DNA from: Azolla caroliniana
Taxonomy: Eukaryota > Plantae > Polypodiophyta
Length of the DNA: 64,000 bases
Direction: 5' to 3'
Assembly: GCA_043228905.1 (NCBI GenBank)
Contig: JBHGNT010000005.1
Coordinates: 9,796,001 to 9,860,000 of the forward strand
Shown: one piece after another, positions 1-13,300 of the stretch
Position numbering within the stretch: the first letter of the stretch is position 1
How the letters are laid out: each line of letters starts with the position of its first letter
Translations under genes and position numbers: made by a program
Notes under the pieces: model-generated
Seen by the model: the letters and a program-made list of their open reading frames with translations, nothing else
What the model was told of the DNA's origin: nothing
Databases searched by the model: none

Positions 1-2540
1 TGACGCCAGTCGATGCATGGAGAGAATTATTGTAGGCGAATTCCGCGAGCGAAAGTAAGTTGACCCAATCATCTTGTTGGTAACTAACCGAGCACCGAAG
101 ATACTGCTCAAGGATTTGGTTGACACGCTCCGTTTGCCCGTCAGTTTGGGGGTGATAAGCGGAGGACAACTTGACAGAGATGCCTAAAGTTTGTAGCAGG
201 CGCTGCCAGAAGTGAGAGACAAACTGGGGTCCGCGATCCGAGATGACATCATCGGGGAGTCCATGCAAGCGTACTACATTGTTGAGTAGGAGATGCACCA
301 TTCCTTCTCCGGAAATGGTTTTGGAGCATGGAGTGAAGTGAGCCATCTTTGTAAACCGATCGACAACGACCAACACCGAGTCATAGCTATTGACCAAGGG
401 TAGATCAGTTATCAGGTCCATAGAGATAGAGGCCCAAGGACGACGAGGACATGGAAGCGGTTGTAGTAAGCCGTATGGCCGATGATGAATGGCTTTGGAG
501 CGAGCACAAACCTCACAACTCTTTATGTATTCTTTGACCAACTTCCATGGTTGTGGCCACCAATACCCCCGAGAGATTAGCTCGAGGGTTTTCGCGACCC
601 CGAAATGACCTGCAAGTGGGTCATCCTGGCATTCCCGCAACACCCGGGTGCGACATGGGCCCTCTGGGACGTATAAGAGATGATCTCGGAACAACAAACC
701 CTCTTGTATGGTGAAGGTGTCAAGATCCTTCCTTTTGGTCGCCGTGGAGGGGTTTTGCAGACTATCTCGAATCTCGTTGGCGAACGCATCGGTCTTGGAT
801 GCATCAGTGATTTGTTGGAGTAAAGAATCATCCTGCAACATACAAGTGGCAAACATATGCAATTGGTCGGGTTTCAACAAACGTCTAAATTGTTGAGCAT
901 AAGCAGCATCCCCAGGGCGGAGTGCAAGGTCAGCTCAGCGAGAAAGGGCATCAAACTTCCCATGTTGGCCACCAGGTCGAAATACGATCTCAAAATCGTA
1001 GTCGGCGAGAAATGTAGACCAATGGGCCTGCCTTCGATTCAAAGTACGAGTGGTGGAAAAATAAACTAAATTTTTATGATCAGTCACTACCTGGACACGA
1101 TGTTGTGCGCCGGCCAAGTAGGGTCGCCATTCTTCAAAGGCAACAATGATAGCAGCAAGCTCCTTGTCGTAAATGGGATAATTGATTTCGGATGCCGTAA
1201 ATTTTCGGGAATAATAAGCCATTGGGTGCATTAGGTTGTTGTCGTCTGCTTGGGATAAGATGGCGCCAATGGCAAAGTCAGAGGCATCGGTTTCGACTTG
1301 GAAGGGTTTTGTGGGGTCGGCATGTAGCAGCACCGGGGCAGTGATGAATGCGTGTTTGAGTGAGTCGAACGCATTTTGTGCCTCCGAGGTCCATAAAAAT
1401 GGAGTGCCTTTATGGGTGAGAGCGATAAGAGGTTGTGCTAGGGTGGAAAACCCCTTGATGAAGCGACGGTAAAAATTTGTGAAGCCGAGGAAGGATTGCA
1501 CATCTTTAAGTCGCCTTGGAGTCGCCCACGCCTGAATGACAGAGACCTTCTTCATATCCATGGTGATGCCAGTGGGCGAGATGATGTAGCCTAGAAATTC
1601 GATCGAGGTACGGTCGAACTCGCATTTCTCGCCTTTGGCATAAAGGCCATGCTCGCGAAGTTTGGCCAGAACTAATCGGACTTGGTGAGTATGCTCCTCC
1701 ATGTTTGGCGAGAAAATGAGAATATCATCGAGGTAAATGACAACAAAAAGATCAAGATATTCCCGGAAAATATCGTTCATCATATGTTGAAAAATTGCGG
1801 GAGCGTTAGTAAGACCAAAAGGCATTACCTTGTATTCGAAATGCCCATACCGTGTTCGAAATGCGGTTTTCCATTCATCCCCCGGCTTGATGCGTACTAG
1901 ATTGTACACGCCACGCAGATCAACTTTGGAGAAGACACGCGCAACTCGGAGCTGATCAAGGAGTTCGGGGATCAGAGGTAGCGGATAGCGGTTGCGCACA
2001 GTGAGTTTGTTGAGACCTCGGTAGTCGACACATAAGCGTAGAGAGCTGTCCTTCTTCTTCACAAATAAAATGGGGGCCCCGGCTGGTGACTTAGAAGGTT
2101 GAATAAAGCCTTTCACGAGGTTCTCATCAAGATACACACGAAGGGCCTTCAACTCTGGTGCAGACAACGCATATAGAGGACCAAAGGGTGGACACGCACC
2201 TTCTTGAAGATCAATCGGACAGTCGTAGAGCCGGTGTTCAGGCAACCGATCAACATTACATTTTTCAAATACGTCGGAGAAGTGTTGGTATTTTTCGGGA
2301 ATAACATGGAGTGTGTTAGAAATGGCGCCACAAACAAACCCATCCTGGATGGATGATGGGGTAGTCAATTCGGAGTCGACCGTCTCCGAAGGATAGGAAA
2401 CTGAATTTACCTTCATACTTTTGCACGAGCATCTTGGCTTGCTAAATGTGATCGAGCGGTTGCACCAATCCACTATTGGATTGTGCGCCTCCAACCACGT
2501 TAGTCCTAAGATGATCGGATGTCGAGGAGATGCGATGAGG
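1..2540 (-). mobile_element. Ty3/Gypsy pol remnant (protease end-RT-RNase H-integrase), chromovirus/Tcn1-like; 5'-truncated, continues off the window start
   Basis: ORF 935..2494 has LPEHRLYDCPIDL, SPAGAPILFVKKKD, LCVDYRGLN, YLDD and ETDASDFAIGAIL. The minus strand of 1-900 encodes degenerate integrase motifs (WASISMDLITDLP, VVVDRFTKMAH, SDRGPQF). Confidence 0.9.
935..2494 (-). pseudogene. pol: Gypsy reverse transcriptase-RNase H open segment (519 aa)
   Basis: Canonical Gypsy RT and RNase H motifs; ends at a premature stop before the integrase. Confidence 0.88.
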
Positions 2541-3706
2541 TAAAATGGATACTCAGGTACTTAAAAGGCACCTCAGGTGTGTGTCTTAATTATGGCATCA
2601 AAAAACCCATGCTCGAAGGGTTTACTGACTCGGACATGTCAGGGGATGTAGACTCAAGCTGATCCACACCAGGTTATGTGATGACCTATGCAGGGGGAGC
2701 AGTGTCGTGGCAGTCACGATTGCAAAATTTTGTGCCCTTATCGACCACAGAGGCAAGGAACTTATTTGGATGAGAAACTTTCTTAGCGAGTTGGGGATGA
2801 AGCAAAGGGATTTCTTGCTTCTTTGTGACAGCCAGAGTGTCATACATCTAGCCAAGAATGTTGCATACCACTCTCGGACCAAGTACATACAGAGAAGGTA
2901 TCACTGGTTACGAGACAAAGTCGAAGAAGGAGAGTTTACCCTCATGAAGATCCATACTGATGACAATGGATCCAACATGCTAACAAAGAACCTACCAATG
3001 GACCGACTTAGAGTTTGTCGACAGAGGACAGGAATAACGGACTCCTCCCCACATGTGTGAAGGGGGAGTTTGTTAGGAATATGTCCCTTCAGTTGGAGGA
3101 GCCGACTGTTCGGAGAGAGCCGACGGTTGAGGAGTCGACTCAGAGAGAGTTCATCGAGGTCGAAGACACGACCGGCTAGTCAGGCCGATTGGATGGTCGA
3201 TGACCAGGCCGACTAGTCGGACCGACCCGATAGTCGAGGAATGAGTCGGTTGATTTGTAAGACTATTATTAATATTAGATAATAATAGGAATGACAATAA
3301 CAGGGGCTACATTTGTAAATAGCCCATATAGGGCATAAGTATAAATACGCTTAGGGCAAAGAGTTTGTGTAGATATATGTAGAACGGGTGCAAGTGTGAG
3401 CCTCTATAGCGTAGGGTGACAGAGAAGAGAGTGTGTGTGAGCGTGAGTGAGTGAGCGACACCAAAGCTGTGTTTAGAAACAACATACGCCAAGAGCCTTG
3501 TGAGGATGTTTACACACTTTGTGTAGAGAGTGTTGTACTCTGATCTCGTGGTTGTATAACCACTATATAGTGGAAGCTCCGTTCTTCGTGGTTTTCTCCC
3601 GCTTTAGGGTTTCCACGTTAAATCTGTGTACATTGTTTTCTGTGTTTCAGAGTTGTGTATTTCAACATATTCCTTTTCTTGTGGATTGACGATTCATTTC
3701 GCAACA
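2541..3706 (+). mobile_element. Ty1/Copia 3' fragment (RNase H, PPT, 3' LTR 3071-3706), Tnt1/Tork-like
   Basis: ORF 2707..3060 has CDSQSVIHLAKN..YHSRTKYIQRRYHW; PPT GAAGGGGGAG lies just before 3071; LTR TGTTAGGAAT...GCAACA is homologous to the LTR at 47022-47657. Confidence 0.88.
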
Positions 3707-3764
3707 TTTAATAGGACAATGTGAATACGTCCATTATACACCCATATTCAACAGTATAGAAGTA

Positions 3765-4594
3765 ATTTAGACACCAGTCGGGATCATGATCTCCCAACGG
3801 CACTACATCCTCAACTTGCTATACAAGTTCAAGATGATAGAGTGCAAACTTGTGTCAATCCCTCTCGATCGAAACCTGAATCTTGATGGTGACTCTGGGA
3901 CAGAAGAGTGTGAGCTGACTTAGTATTGTCAATTGGTTGCTAGCTTATTCTATCTTACCATCACACGACACGACCTCAGCTATTCGGTCAGTATACTTAG
4001 CCAATTCATGCAAAAACCTCAGAATATTCATTTGGATTGCGCTAAGAGAGTACTCATGTACATTAGTGGGACAATGGATTACGACATCCTATATAAGTCT
4101 GAAATAGACGTTCTCCAAAAAGGGTACACAAATGCAGACTGGGCCAACTATAAGGCCGACAGACAATTGACCTCGAGATTTGTCTTCGCCCTCGGTTGTG
4201 GAGCTATCTCCTGGAGCAGCAAAAAGCAACTGACAGTAGCCTTGTTGAGTCCAAAAGCTGAATATAGATGCGCGGTCGTCGTAGAATGTGAAAGCGTTTG
4301 GTTGAAGAGAATATTGAAGGATCTGGGTGTTCCCATCAAGGATTTGATTTCCCTTTATTGTGACAACATGAGCAGTATTCATCTGACTCAAAACCTAGTA
4401 TTCCAGTGAGCATGAAGCATATCGAAGTGCGTTATCACTTCATCTAAGAGTGCGTTCAAGCTGGAGATGTCGACCTGCATCACATCAGCACGAACCTTTA
4501 GGTAGCCGACATCTTCACAAAAGCCTTAGGAGTCGACAAGCTCAAGCAATTTATATCGGATCCTGGCCTAACGATAGCCGCATTGCCAAGTTTG
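3765..4594 (+). mobile_element. Degenerate Copia RT/RNase H fragment (host of the 4595-9814 insertion; continues at 9815-10336)
   Basis: ORF 3933..4409 has YLTITRHDLSY, ISWSSKKQ and YCDNMSSI. The sequence rejoins across the insertion as TTGCCAAGTTTG|AGGGGGAGTAC. Confidence 0.85.
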
Positions 4595-7500
4595 TGATGA
4601 ACACGGTGCTCGGCCACAACCGAGGAATAGGATCGACTCACAGAAAACAGGAAATACAAAATACACGAAGACAACAGAGAGAAAGGTACACAGGATGTTT
4701 TACGTGGAAAACCCTAAATGGGAAAAACCACGGGAGTCCTCAAACTCCAACTATCACTATAAACAGAGATGTACAATGGTGAAGCTACAAGACAACTACC
4801 TTGAGCTCACTGTCTTCGCCACAGGCGGTGGTAATACACAGAGGCAACGACCTCTTCGTCTCTCTCTCTCTCTCGGCTGCTCTCACTTCGCTCCCTCTAA
4901 GTGGAAAAACAGAAAAATGAGCAACAACTACAAAACTGTTTGCCCTAAGTCATATTTATACACATATGACTTTCGGGCTATTTACAGATGTAGCCTAGAG
5001 GGCCCTTGGCAAACATATTCACAAATATGTCCCCGCATCCGGATCTCTCTCCGGGTACATTCATCATCCGGCTCCGTAGCCGGGGTCTTCATCATCCGGA
5101 TCCCGGACATCCGACCATCCCATCCGGAGGGACCGTAATCCCAACAAACTCCCCCTTCACTTCGGCATGGGATGTCTTTCCAGTCCCACCCTCTTCCGGC
5201 ACGCTTCCAGCTTGTCGGGTGTGAGCACTTTCGTCAGCATATCTGACCCGTTCTCGTCCGTGTGGATCTTCGTCAGCACGAACTCCTGGTCTTCTATCCT
5301 TTCCCGGATCCAGTGATATCTTCGCTGGATGTGCTTCGTCCGGGAGTGATAGGCCGCGTTCTTCGCAAGGTGGATGGCACTCTGACTGTCGCAGTAAAGT
5401 CGGTACTCCTCCTGCCGGATACCGAGCTCTCTAATGAAGTCCTTCATCCATATTATTTCCTTGCCGGCTTCAACAGCCGCCATGTACTCCGCCTCCGTGG
5501 TTGACAACGCAACCGTCTTCTGCAGCCTCGACTGCCACGAAACAGCTCCCCCTGCATACGTCATCACATACCCTGATGTGGACCGGCTGGTATCTGCATC
5601 AGCCGACATATCCGAATCGGTAAAGCCGTCGAGTTCGGGCTTACCGGAGCCGAATCGGAGGCACACGTTTGCCGTGCCCTTCAGGTATCAGAGTATCCAC
5701 TTGACCGCGTTCCAGTGCTCTTTGCCGGGATTGCTCATGTACCGGCTCACCACTCCGACTGCATATCCTATGTCCGGTCTTGTACACACCATTGCGTACA
5801 TCAAGCTTCCGAAGGCAGAGGCATATGGTACTTTCATCATGTCCTCCTTCTCAGCCTTTGTCTTGGGGCTTTGCTTGCTAGACAACTTGCAGTTTGCCGG
5901 GAGGGTTGACCCGACCGGTCTTGCTTCCGACATGTTGAACCGGTGAAGCACCTTTGTCACGTACTTCTCCTGTGACAGCCACAACTGCTTCTTCCTCCGG
6001 TCCCGGATGATGTGCATCCCTAGTATTTGCCTCGCCGGACCCAGGTCCTTCATTGAGAAGGTTCAGTGAAGCGCTTTCTTCAGCATCCGTATCTTGCCCT
6101 GGTCCCGTCCGACAATCAACATGTCGTCCACGTACAGGAGGAGTATTAAAAAGTCTCCTCCTTCGAACTTCTTCACAAACACGCAGTGATCGGACTGCGT
6201 TTTGTGGTACCCTTCGTCGGTCATGAAGGAGTCGAACTTCCGGTACCATTGCCGGGGAGCCTGCTTCAGTCCGTAAAGGCTCTTCTTCAACCGGCATACC
6301 AGGTGCTCCTTCCCTTTCTTCTCGAATCCTTCCGGTTGTTGCATGTAGATCTCTTCTTCGAGGTCACCGTGAAGGAATGCCGTCTTCACGTCCATCTGTT
6401 CTACCTCGAGGTCCATGCTTGCCGCTATGCTCAGCACCGTCCGGATGGAGGTCATCTTCACTACCGGGGCAAATATCTCGTCGAAGTCGATGCCCTTCTT
6501 TTGCTGGAACCCCTTCACCACGATCCTGGCTTTGTATCTCGGGGGGTTTCCGGCATCTCCCGGTTTCAGCTTGAACACCCACTTGTTTCGAAGTGCCCGT
6601 TTTCCTTTCGGCAACTCCACAAGTTCATATGTGTGGTTCTGATGCAGGGAATCCATCTCCTCCTGCATGGCACTTAACCACATGCGGCTATGGGTGTCGA
6701 GCTTTGCTTCTTCAAAACTCTCCGGCTCCCCCTCGTCGGTTAGCAGCACGTGCTCTGGTTCCGGAAATCTCCGGGGGGCCCTTCTCTCTCTTAGAGGATA
6801 TCTCCGTTCCGGAGCTTCGGTAACCGGCTCCTCCGTTTCCTCTTCATCCGAATCCATTTCGGGATCGGGGCCGGTTCCGGTATCAGTTTCATCTTCCTCG
6901 GCCGGTTCTGTTTCTTCACCGTCTTCGGCCGGATCCTCGAGTGCTAACCGGTCCCTTGCCGGTCGGGACTGCTCCTCGTAGAGTTGATCCTCACCGGTCG
7001 ACTTGGAGCTCTTCATCTTCTTCTCCGACTCCCAGTCGGCAAGTGTCTTGTCCTCCATGAAGATGATATCTCGACTCCTGAATATCTTCTTGTCGACCGG
7101 GTCCCATACTCGGTAGCCGAACTCGTCATCGCCGTAACCGAGGAATATGCATGGCCGGGTCTTTGGATCTAGCTTTCCTCTCCGGTCCTTTGCCACATGC
7201 ACATATGCGAGACACCCGAACACCTTCAGATGCCGGTAGGATACTTCCCTACCGGTCCACACTCTCTGCGGCGTGTCTCCGTCCAAAGGTACTGAGGGTG
7301 ATCTGTTTATCACGTATGTCGCCGTCGACATTGCCTCAGCCCAAAACCCCTTGGGTAATTTCGCATGCGCCAGCATACTCCGGACCCTCTCCATTATGGT
7401 CCGGTTCATCCTCTCGGCCAGCCCGTTCAGTTCCGGCGTCTTCGGCACAGTAAACTCGAGCCGGATTCCCTTCGAGCGACAGTACTCCTCGAACTGCCCC

Positions 7501-9814
7501 CGGTATTCCCCTCCGTTATCCGCTCGTATCGCTTTCAGCTTCTTGCCGGATTCCCTTTCCACTCTCGCGTGGAGTTCTTTGAAGACGCACAACACTTGGT
7601 CCTTTGTCTTCAACGGTGCCGTCCACAGCTTCCGGCTGTGGTCATCAATGAATGTCACGAAGTACTGGGCTCCGCCATGTGACTTCGTTACTACCTGGCA
7701 CACATCAGTGTGTACCAACTCCAATGGTACACTACGTCTCGTCGGTGGCCTTGAGTGAAAGGAGGTCCGGTTTTGCTTACCGGCCAGACAGTCGGTGCAC
7801 TTCTCCAGGTGCACATGCTTCACTGGAATAAGGTTGTCTTCTGCAAGCCTCTTCATCCCCTTCTCACTCATGTGGCACAGTCTCTTGTGCCATAGCTCAC
7901 CGGCAGTGTCGGCTGCCACGTTCAGCTCCTCCGGACATAGCCGGGAATTCATCAGGTACAGTGTGTTGACCTTCCGGGCCCGAGCCACTATCAGGCTCCC
8001 TTTGCTGAACTTCATGACACCGTTCCGGATGCTACCCGTGTAGCCTTCATCGTCTAGCCTCCCGGCCGAAATCAGGTTCAATCGAACCTCCGGAACGTGT
8101 CGAACATCCTTCAGCAGCATCTTGCATCTGGTTGATGTCATCAGCCACACGTCTCCTATGCCGGCAATCCGGCATGTACCTTCATTTCCCATCGGACACA
8201 GCCGTGCTCACCGGCTGTGTAGGATGAGAAGTATTTCTTCTCCGGGGTCAGGTGGAACGACGCTCCGGAATCGACCACCCAGGTCATCTCTTCACCGGCA
8301 AGGTTCAGCTCCCTCTCTTCGGTAATGAGCATTATCTCTTCTTCACTTGCCGCGAGTGCCGTCGTTCCTTTCCGGTCCTGCCCTCGCCGATCCGGACCTC
8401 TCCGGTCCGTGGCTCCCCGGTATGCACCGTTTCGCTCCGGTGACTTCTTCGAATCGGTACCGTCGGTTCCGTTGTCTTTCCGGAAATGCCGACAGTTCTT
8501 CTGGAAGTGCCCCGGCTTCCCACAGTAGAAGCATGTAGGTCTTCCCCTCGACTGCGACCGTGTCCCCGACTTCTCCCGTCTTTGCGGACTCCGGTTCCGT
8601 TGTCTTCCCCATTCCGATTCGGTAAACAGCGCCTTCGAGTCGGAGGCCGGTTCTTTATCTCTCCGACGTGCTTCTTCATTTAGAATACTTGTCTTTACCG
8701 TTAGTAAAGACAAGTTCTCTTCCTTACAGGAGGTGCTGAGCGTAACTACCAAGTTCTCCCAGCTCTCCGGAAGGGTACACATCAGCATGATGGCTTGCAT
8801 TGCATCATCCAACGGGAACTTGATCGCCGCAAGCTGGTTCACAAATCCCATGAACGTGCTGACGTGTTCGACCATGCTCTCGCCGTCCCGGTACTTAAGA
8901 TTCACTATCTTCCTCATCAGGGAGGTCCGGGTCAGAGCATTCTTCCTCTCATACAGTCCGGACAGCTTCTGCCACATCTCATAGGCGTTCGTATCGTTCG
9001 CCACATGTTGCAGGACACTTACATCGACATATTGCCGGATCGTCGCTACAGCTTTCCGGTTCAGGAGCTTCCACTCCGACTCTATTACCCCCTTGGGTAT
9101 CTCGGCATTGTCGATCGGTTCGTACAGGTCTCGGACGATGAGAAGGTCTTCCATCTTTATCTTCCAGTCGGCGTAGTTCTGTGAGTTCAACACCATCATG
9201 CCCGGAGGCCCACTACCGCCGCCTTCCATTTTCTGTGTTACCGTTGCTCTGATACCACTTTGATGAACACGGTGCTCGGCCACAACCGAGGAATAGGATC
9301 GACTCACAGAAAACAGGAAATACAAAATACACGAAGACAACAGAGAGAAAGGTACACAGGATGTTTTACGTGGAAAACCCTAAATGGGAAAAACCACGGG
9401 AGTCCTCAAACTCCAACTATCACTATAAACAGAGATGTACAATGGTGAAGCTACAAGGCAACTACCTTGAGCTCACTGTCTTCGCCACAGGCGGCGGTAA
9501 TACACAGAGGCAACGACCTCTTCGTCTCTCTCTCTCTCTCTCGGCTGCTCTCACTTCGCTCCCTCTAAGTGGAAAAACAGAAAAATGAGCAACAACTACA
9601 AAACTGTTTGCCCTAAGTCATATTTATACACATATGACTTTCGGGCTATTTACAGATGTAGCCTAGAGGGCCCTTGGCAAACATATTCACAAATATGTCC
9701 CCGCATCCGGATCTCTCTCCGGGTACATTCATCATCCGGCTCCGTAGCCGGGGTCTTCATCATCCGGATCCCGGACATCCGACCATCCCATCCGGAGGGA
9801 CCGTAATCCCAAAA
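4595..9814 (-). mobile_element. Full-length Ty1/Copia element A (Tnt1/Tork-like), coding region disrupted
   Basis: Near-identical LTRs 4595-5146 and 9261-9814; TSD GTTTG at 4590-4594 and 9815-9819; tRNA-iMet PBS (reverse complement TGGTATCAGAGC) at 9246-9257; PPT at about 5149-5159. Confidence 0.96.
5157..9229 (-). pseudogene. gag-pol: gag-pol of element A, broken by one frameshift and two nonsense codons
   Basis: Pieces 8156..9229, 6063..8192, 5688..6053 and 5157..5666 are collinear with the intact 17310..21383 ORF; motifs include the CCHC knuckle, VDSGAS, SLYGLKQAPRQW and YVDD. Confidence 0.93.
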
Positions 9815-10336
9815 GTTTGAGGGGGAGTACAACACAACCGAGGAATCCAAATAGAAACGCAACAACTGAATAACAGTCGACCATCCGATCTAAGTCGACC
9901 AAAGGAGTAGTCGAAGTAGCATCACAACTGACCAATGGGAGTTGAAGCACGAAGCTAAACTTAGGAGATGAATAGACATGCTAGTCGAACAAGGAGCACG
10001 AAGTAGTCAGACAAAGGAGAACATATACCAATCTACCAGTCGAAACCGCCCCGACTGACCATCCGGACATAGAGCCAAGGAATTCAAAAAGCTGAAACGA
10101 GCCAAATAGCAAGATGACTTTCCAGAGACCGAAAGTTATGTTTGACAGGGCGTTTTGAGAGTCAAACCCAACTTCCCCAATGTAATGGGTTTCACATTGA
10201 CTATGGAAACACTAGGTTTAGGCTAGTTTTGCAAATAGTAGAAAGGACAGTTGCCCTAAGGTAGTTAGTATTTAAACCAACTCTTTTGTAACCTAGTTAC
10301 TATTGGATGTATTTTTTGTTGTAATCGTTTTCTTGT
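9815..10336 (+). mobile_element. 3' spacer and degenerate 3' LTR start of the host Copia fragment
   Basis: Begins with the PPT-like GAGGGGGAG; a second decayed PPT/LTR junction (TTTGACAGGGCGTTTTGAGAGTCAA) near 10141-10165 resembles the element C junction. Confidence 0.6.
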
Positions 10337-13300
10337 TGTAAAGAATTGGGTATGATTCTTGTGTAGCGGAAGAGATGTGTGCTATGTGTATGTGTGAGAG
10401 GAATTAGAGGAGAGAAGAGAGAACACAAGATAGATAGAAAAAGGAATACTCAAGAAGAAGGTGTATATTCACAAGTAGAATAGGAAATACAAAATGTAGC
10501 ATTACAAGGAGTCACAACCGATTTAGTATGAAGTTGAGGAGGGTGCTTTATATAGAGTCACCCTCTCTCTTCATTGACTTTACAACAACCACTCTCTCTC
10601 TTGGGGAATGTGAAGACTCATATAGTCATGGGGAATATGTAACTCATTAGTTAGGTGTCATAGAATATGATTCTATGATATATAGTTAATGTGTAGAGAG
10701 TAGTGGTGTGACTCTTGACCTTTGAGTAATCATGGATTCTCAAAAGATGTGTTCACAAGTTGCATTATGTTGAGCTTGATTCTCAACACGCCCCCTCAAG
10801 CTCAAGTCGGGTTGGTTCCTTTTGATTGATGTCCGCCTCGGCTGGTATCCGGTTCAGACGATCTCCAGTGTCCGCTTCGGCTCGTACCCGGTTCGGACGG
10901 TATCCGGTTCTCGCTTGTACTCCCCCTCAAGCTTGGCAAGTCAGGAATCGTCAATCAGAGGTCTGACATGAATTGCCGAAGCTTGTCGGATCCTAAGGCT
11001 TTGGTGAAGATGTCGGCCATTTGAAGACATGTCCAGCCTGTACGCGCTCTCGAATGAAGTGATAGTGCATTTCGATATGCTTTGTGCGTGCGTGGAACAC
11101 CGGGTTTCGAGCCAAATATATATTGCTCATGTTGTCACAGTAAATGGGAGTCGGATCCTTGATGGGGACGCCCATATCCTTCAAAATCCTCTTGAGCCAT
11201 ACGGCTTCACATGCAGCTACGGTTGCGCCCCTGTATTTGGCCTCCGTACTCGAAAGTGCGACGGTAGGCTACTTCTTACTACTCCAAGATATTGCTCCGC
11301 TACCAAGCTAGAAGACAAATCTGGAGGTCGATCGTCGATCGGCTTTGTAGCCCGCCCAGTCCGCGTCTGTGTACCCTTCAAGTCGTATTGGTGTGGCCGA
11401 TGCATAGAGAACATCATAATCCATTGTGTCACTCACGTATCGTAATACTCGCTTAGCGCAATCGAAATGGATATCTCGCGGAGTTTGCATGAATTGGCTA
11501 AGGAGTCCGACTGGATAGCTAAGGTCGGGTCGAGTGATCGTGAGATAAATAAGGCACCCGATTAGTTGACGATATTGGGTCGGCTCGCACTCATCTGTGC
11601 CGAAGTCAGCATCAAGTTTGAGTTTCGATCAAGAGGTGTAGCAACCGATTTGCACTCAATCATCTCAAACTTGTATAACAAGTTGAGGATGTAGTGCCGT
11701 TGAGAGATCAAAATGCTGGCCGGAGTCCGAATTACCTCGATGCCTAGGAAGTAATGAAGCTCCTTCATGTCCGTCATCTCGAATTTGTTGGAGAGGAGGG
11801 ACTTCACCTTGTTGATGTCGACTAAATGCTCACCTCCAATAACCAGATCATCCACGTAGAGGATGATGAAAATTAGACTTCTAGAGTCGTGGCGTACGTA
11901 GAGGGAGTTGTCAGATTTCGACATTCGAAATCCGATTTGATGAAGATATTGCGTAATCTTCGAATGCCAAGCATGCGGTGCTTGCTTGAGGCCGTAGAGT
12001 GGCTTCTTGAGTCGGCACATGGCTTTCGGATGAATGCATGACTCAAAGTCGAGAGGTTGTACCATGTACACCTCCTCTTCTAATTCTCCTTGGAGGAAAG
12101 TGTTCTTGACGTCCATCTGGTGGAGGTGCCACCCTTTTGCCGTTGTGAGTGCAATTACAGTCCGCACCGTCATCATCTTTGCCACTGGGGCAAAGGTCTC
12201 TTCATAGTCGATTCCATGTGTTTGTGCGTATCCTTTCACTACAAGTCGAGCTTTGTAGCAGTTGACAGAGCCGTCGGCATTATATTTCACCTTGTAGATC
12301 CATCTGCAGCCAATTGCCTTCTTGTGTAGTGAGTGGGGAACGAGATTCCATGTCCTGTTCTTGCGTAGTGCACGCATCTCCTCGTTCATTGGTTCGATCC
12401 ATCGTGGGTTCTTCGCAGCTTTGGAAAAGGTTTCCGGATCCCATACTATTGCTACCATCATCATAAAGGCATAATGGTGCGCCATGTAATCGTTGTAGCC
12501 GAATTGGATTACGGGGTTCTTTTCACGGGTGGATTGGTGGAGCTTCTCGTTTGCGGATACTATGGCTTTCTCCGCTCCATTTGTCCGGATGTCAAGGCCT
12601 TCGAACTCACTATCGAGGGAGTGAGTTGATTCATTTCCGTCGAAGTCATCATCTTCATACTCCGGCATTTTGGCCTTCCCTTTTTCTAGCTTCGGACTCG
12701 GTCGAGATGTGCTTTGATCGCTCAGAGGCTCTTGTGGTTCGCTCAGTCTGGTCATGATCGGACTTTCTTCGAACATGCGCGTAAGGCGATCTTCGGCTTC
12801 TATCTCTATTTCGGCGTATTCCGAGTCGAGTGGAATCGGAGTCGAAGTTGTCTCTGGTGCGTACCAGGATGTGGACTCGTCGAAAATGACTTCTCGACTT
12901 ACTCGAGATTTTCGAGTTGAGGGATTGTAGCACTTGTACCCCTTTTGCTCCAATGAGTATCCTACAAGGATACATTTCTCTGACTTCGGGTTGAGCTTTT
13001 GACGCTTCTCGTCGGGGATGTGCACGTCGGGAATATCCGGACGTGTGATAGATCCGGCTTCTTTCCGAAAAACTTTTCATGCGGCGTGAGGTCATGCACG
13101 CCGGATATCATACACTAATTCATGTGGTATACGGCCATGTTAGCCACTTCTGCCCTGTACAACTTCGGCAGGTGCTTTTCGTTCATCATGGCCCATGCTA
13201 CTTCAAGGATGTGCCGATTCTTTCATTCGGCCACTCCGTTTTGTTGTGGCGTATGTCGACACGAAAACTCTCGCCGAATTCCTTCTTTCCGTAGATATGT

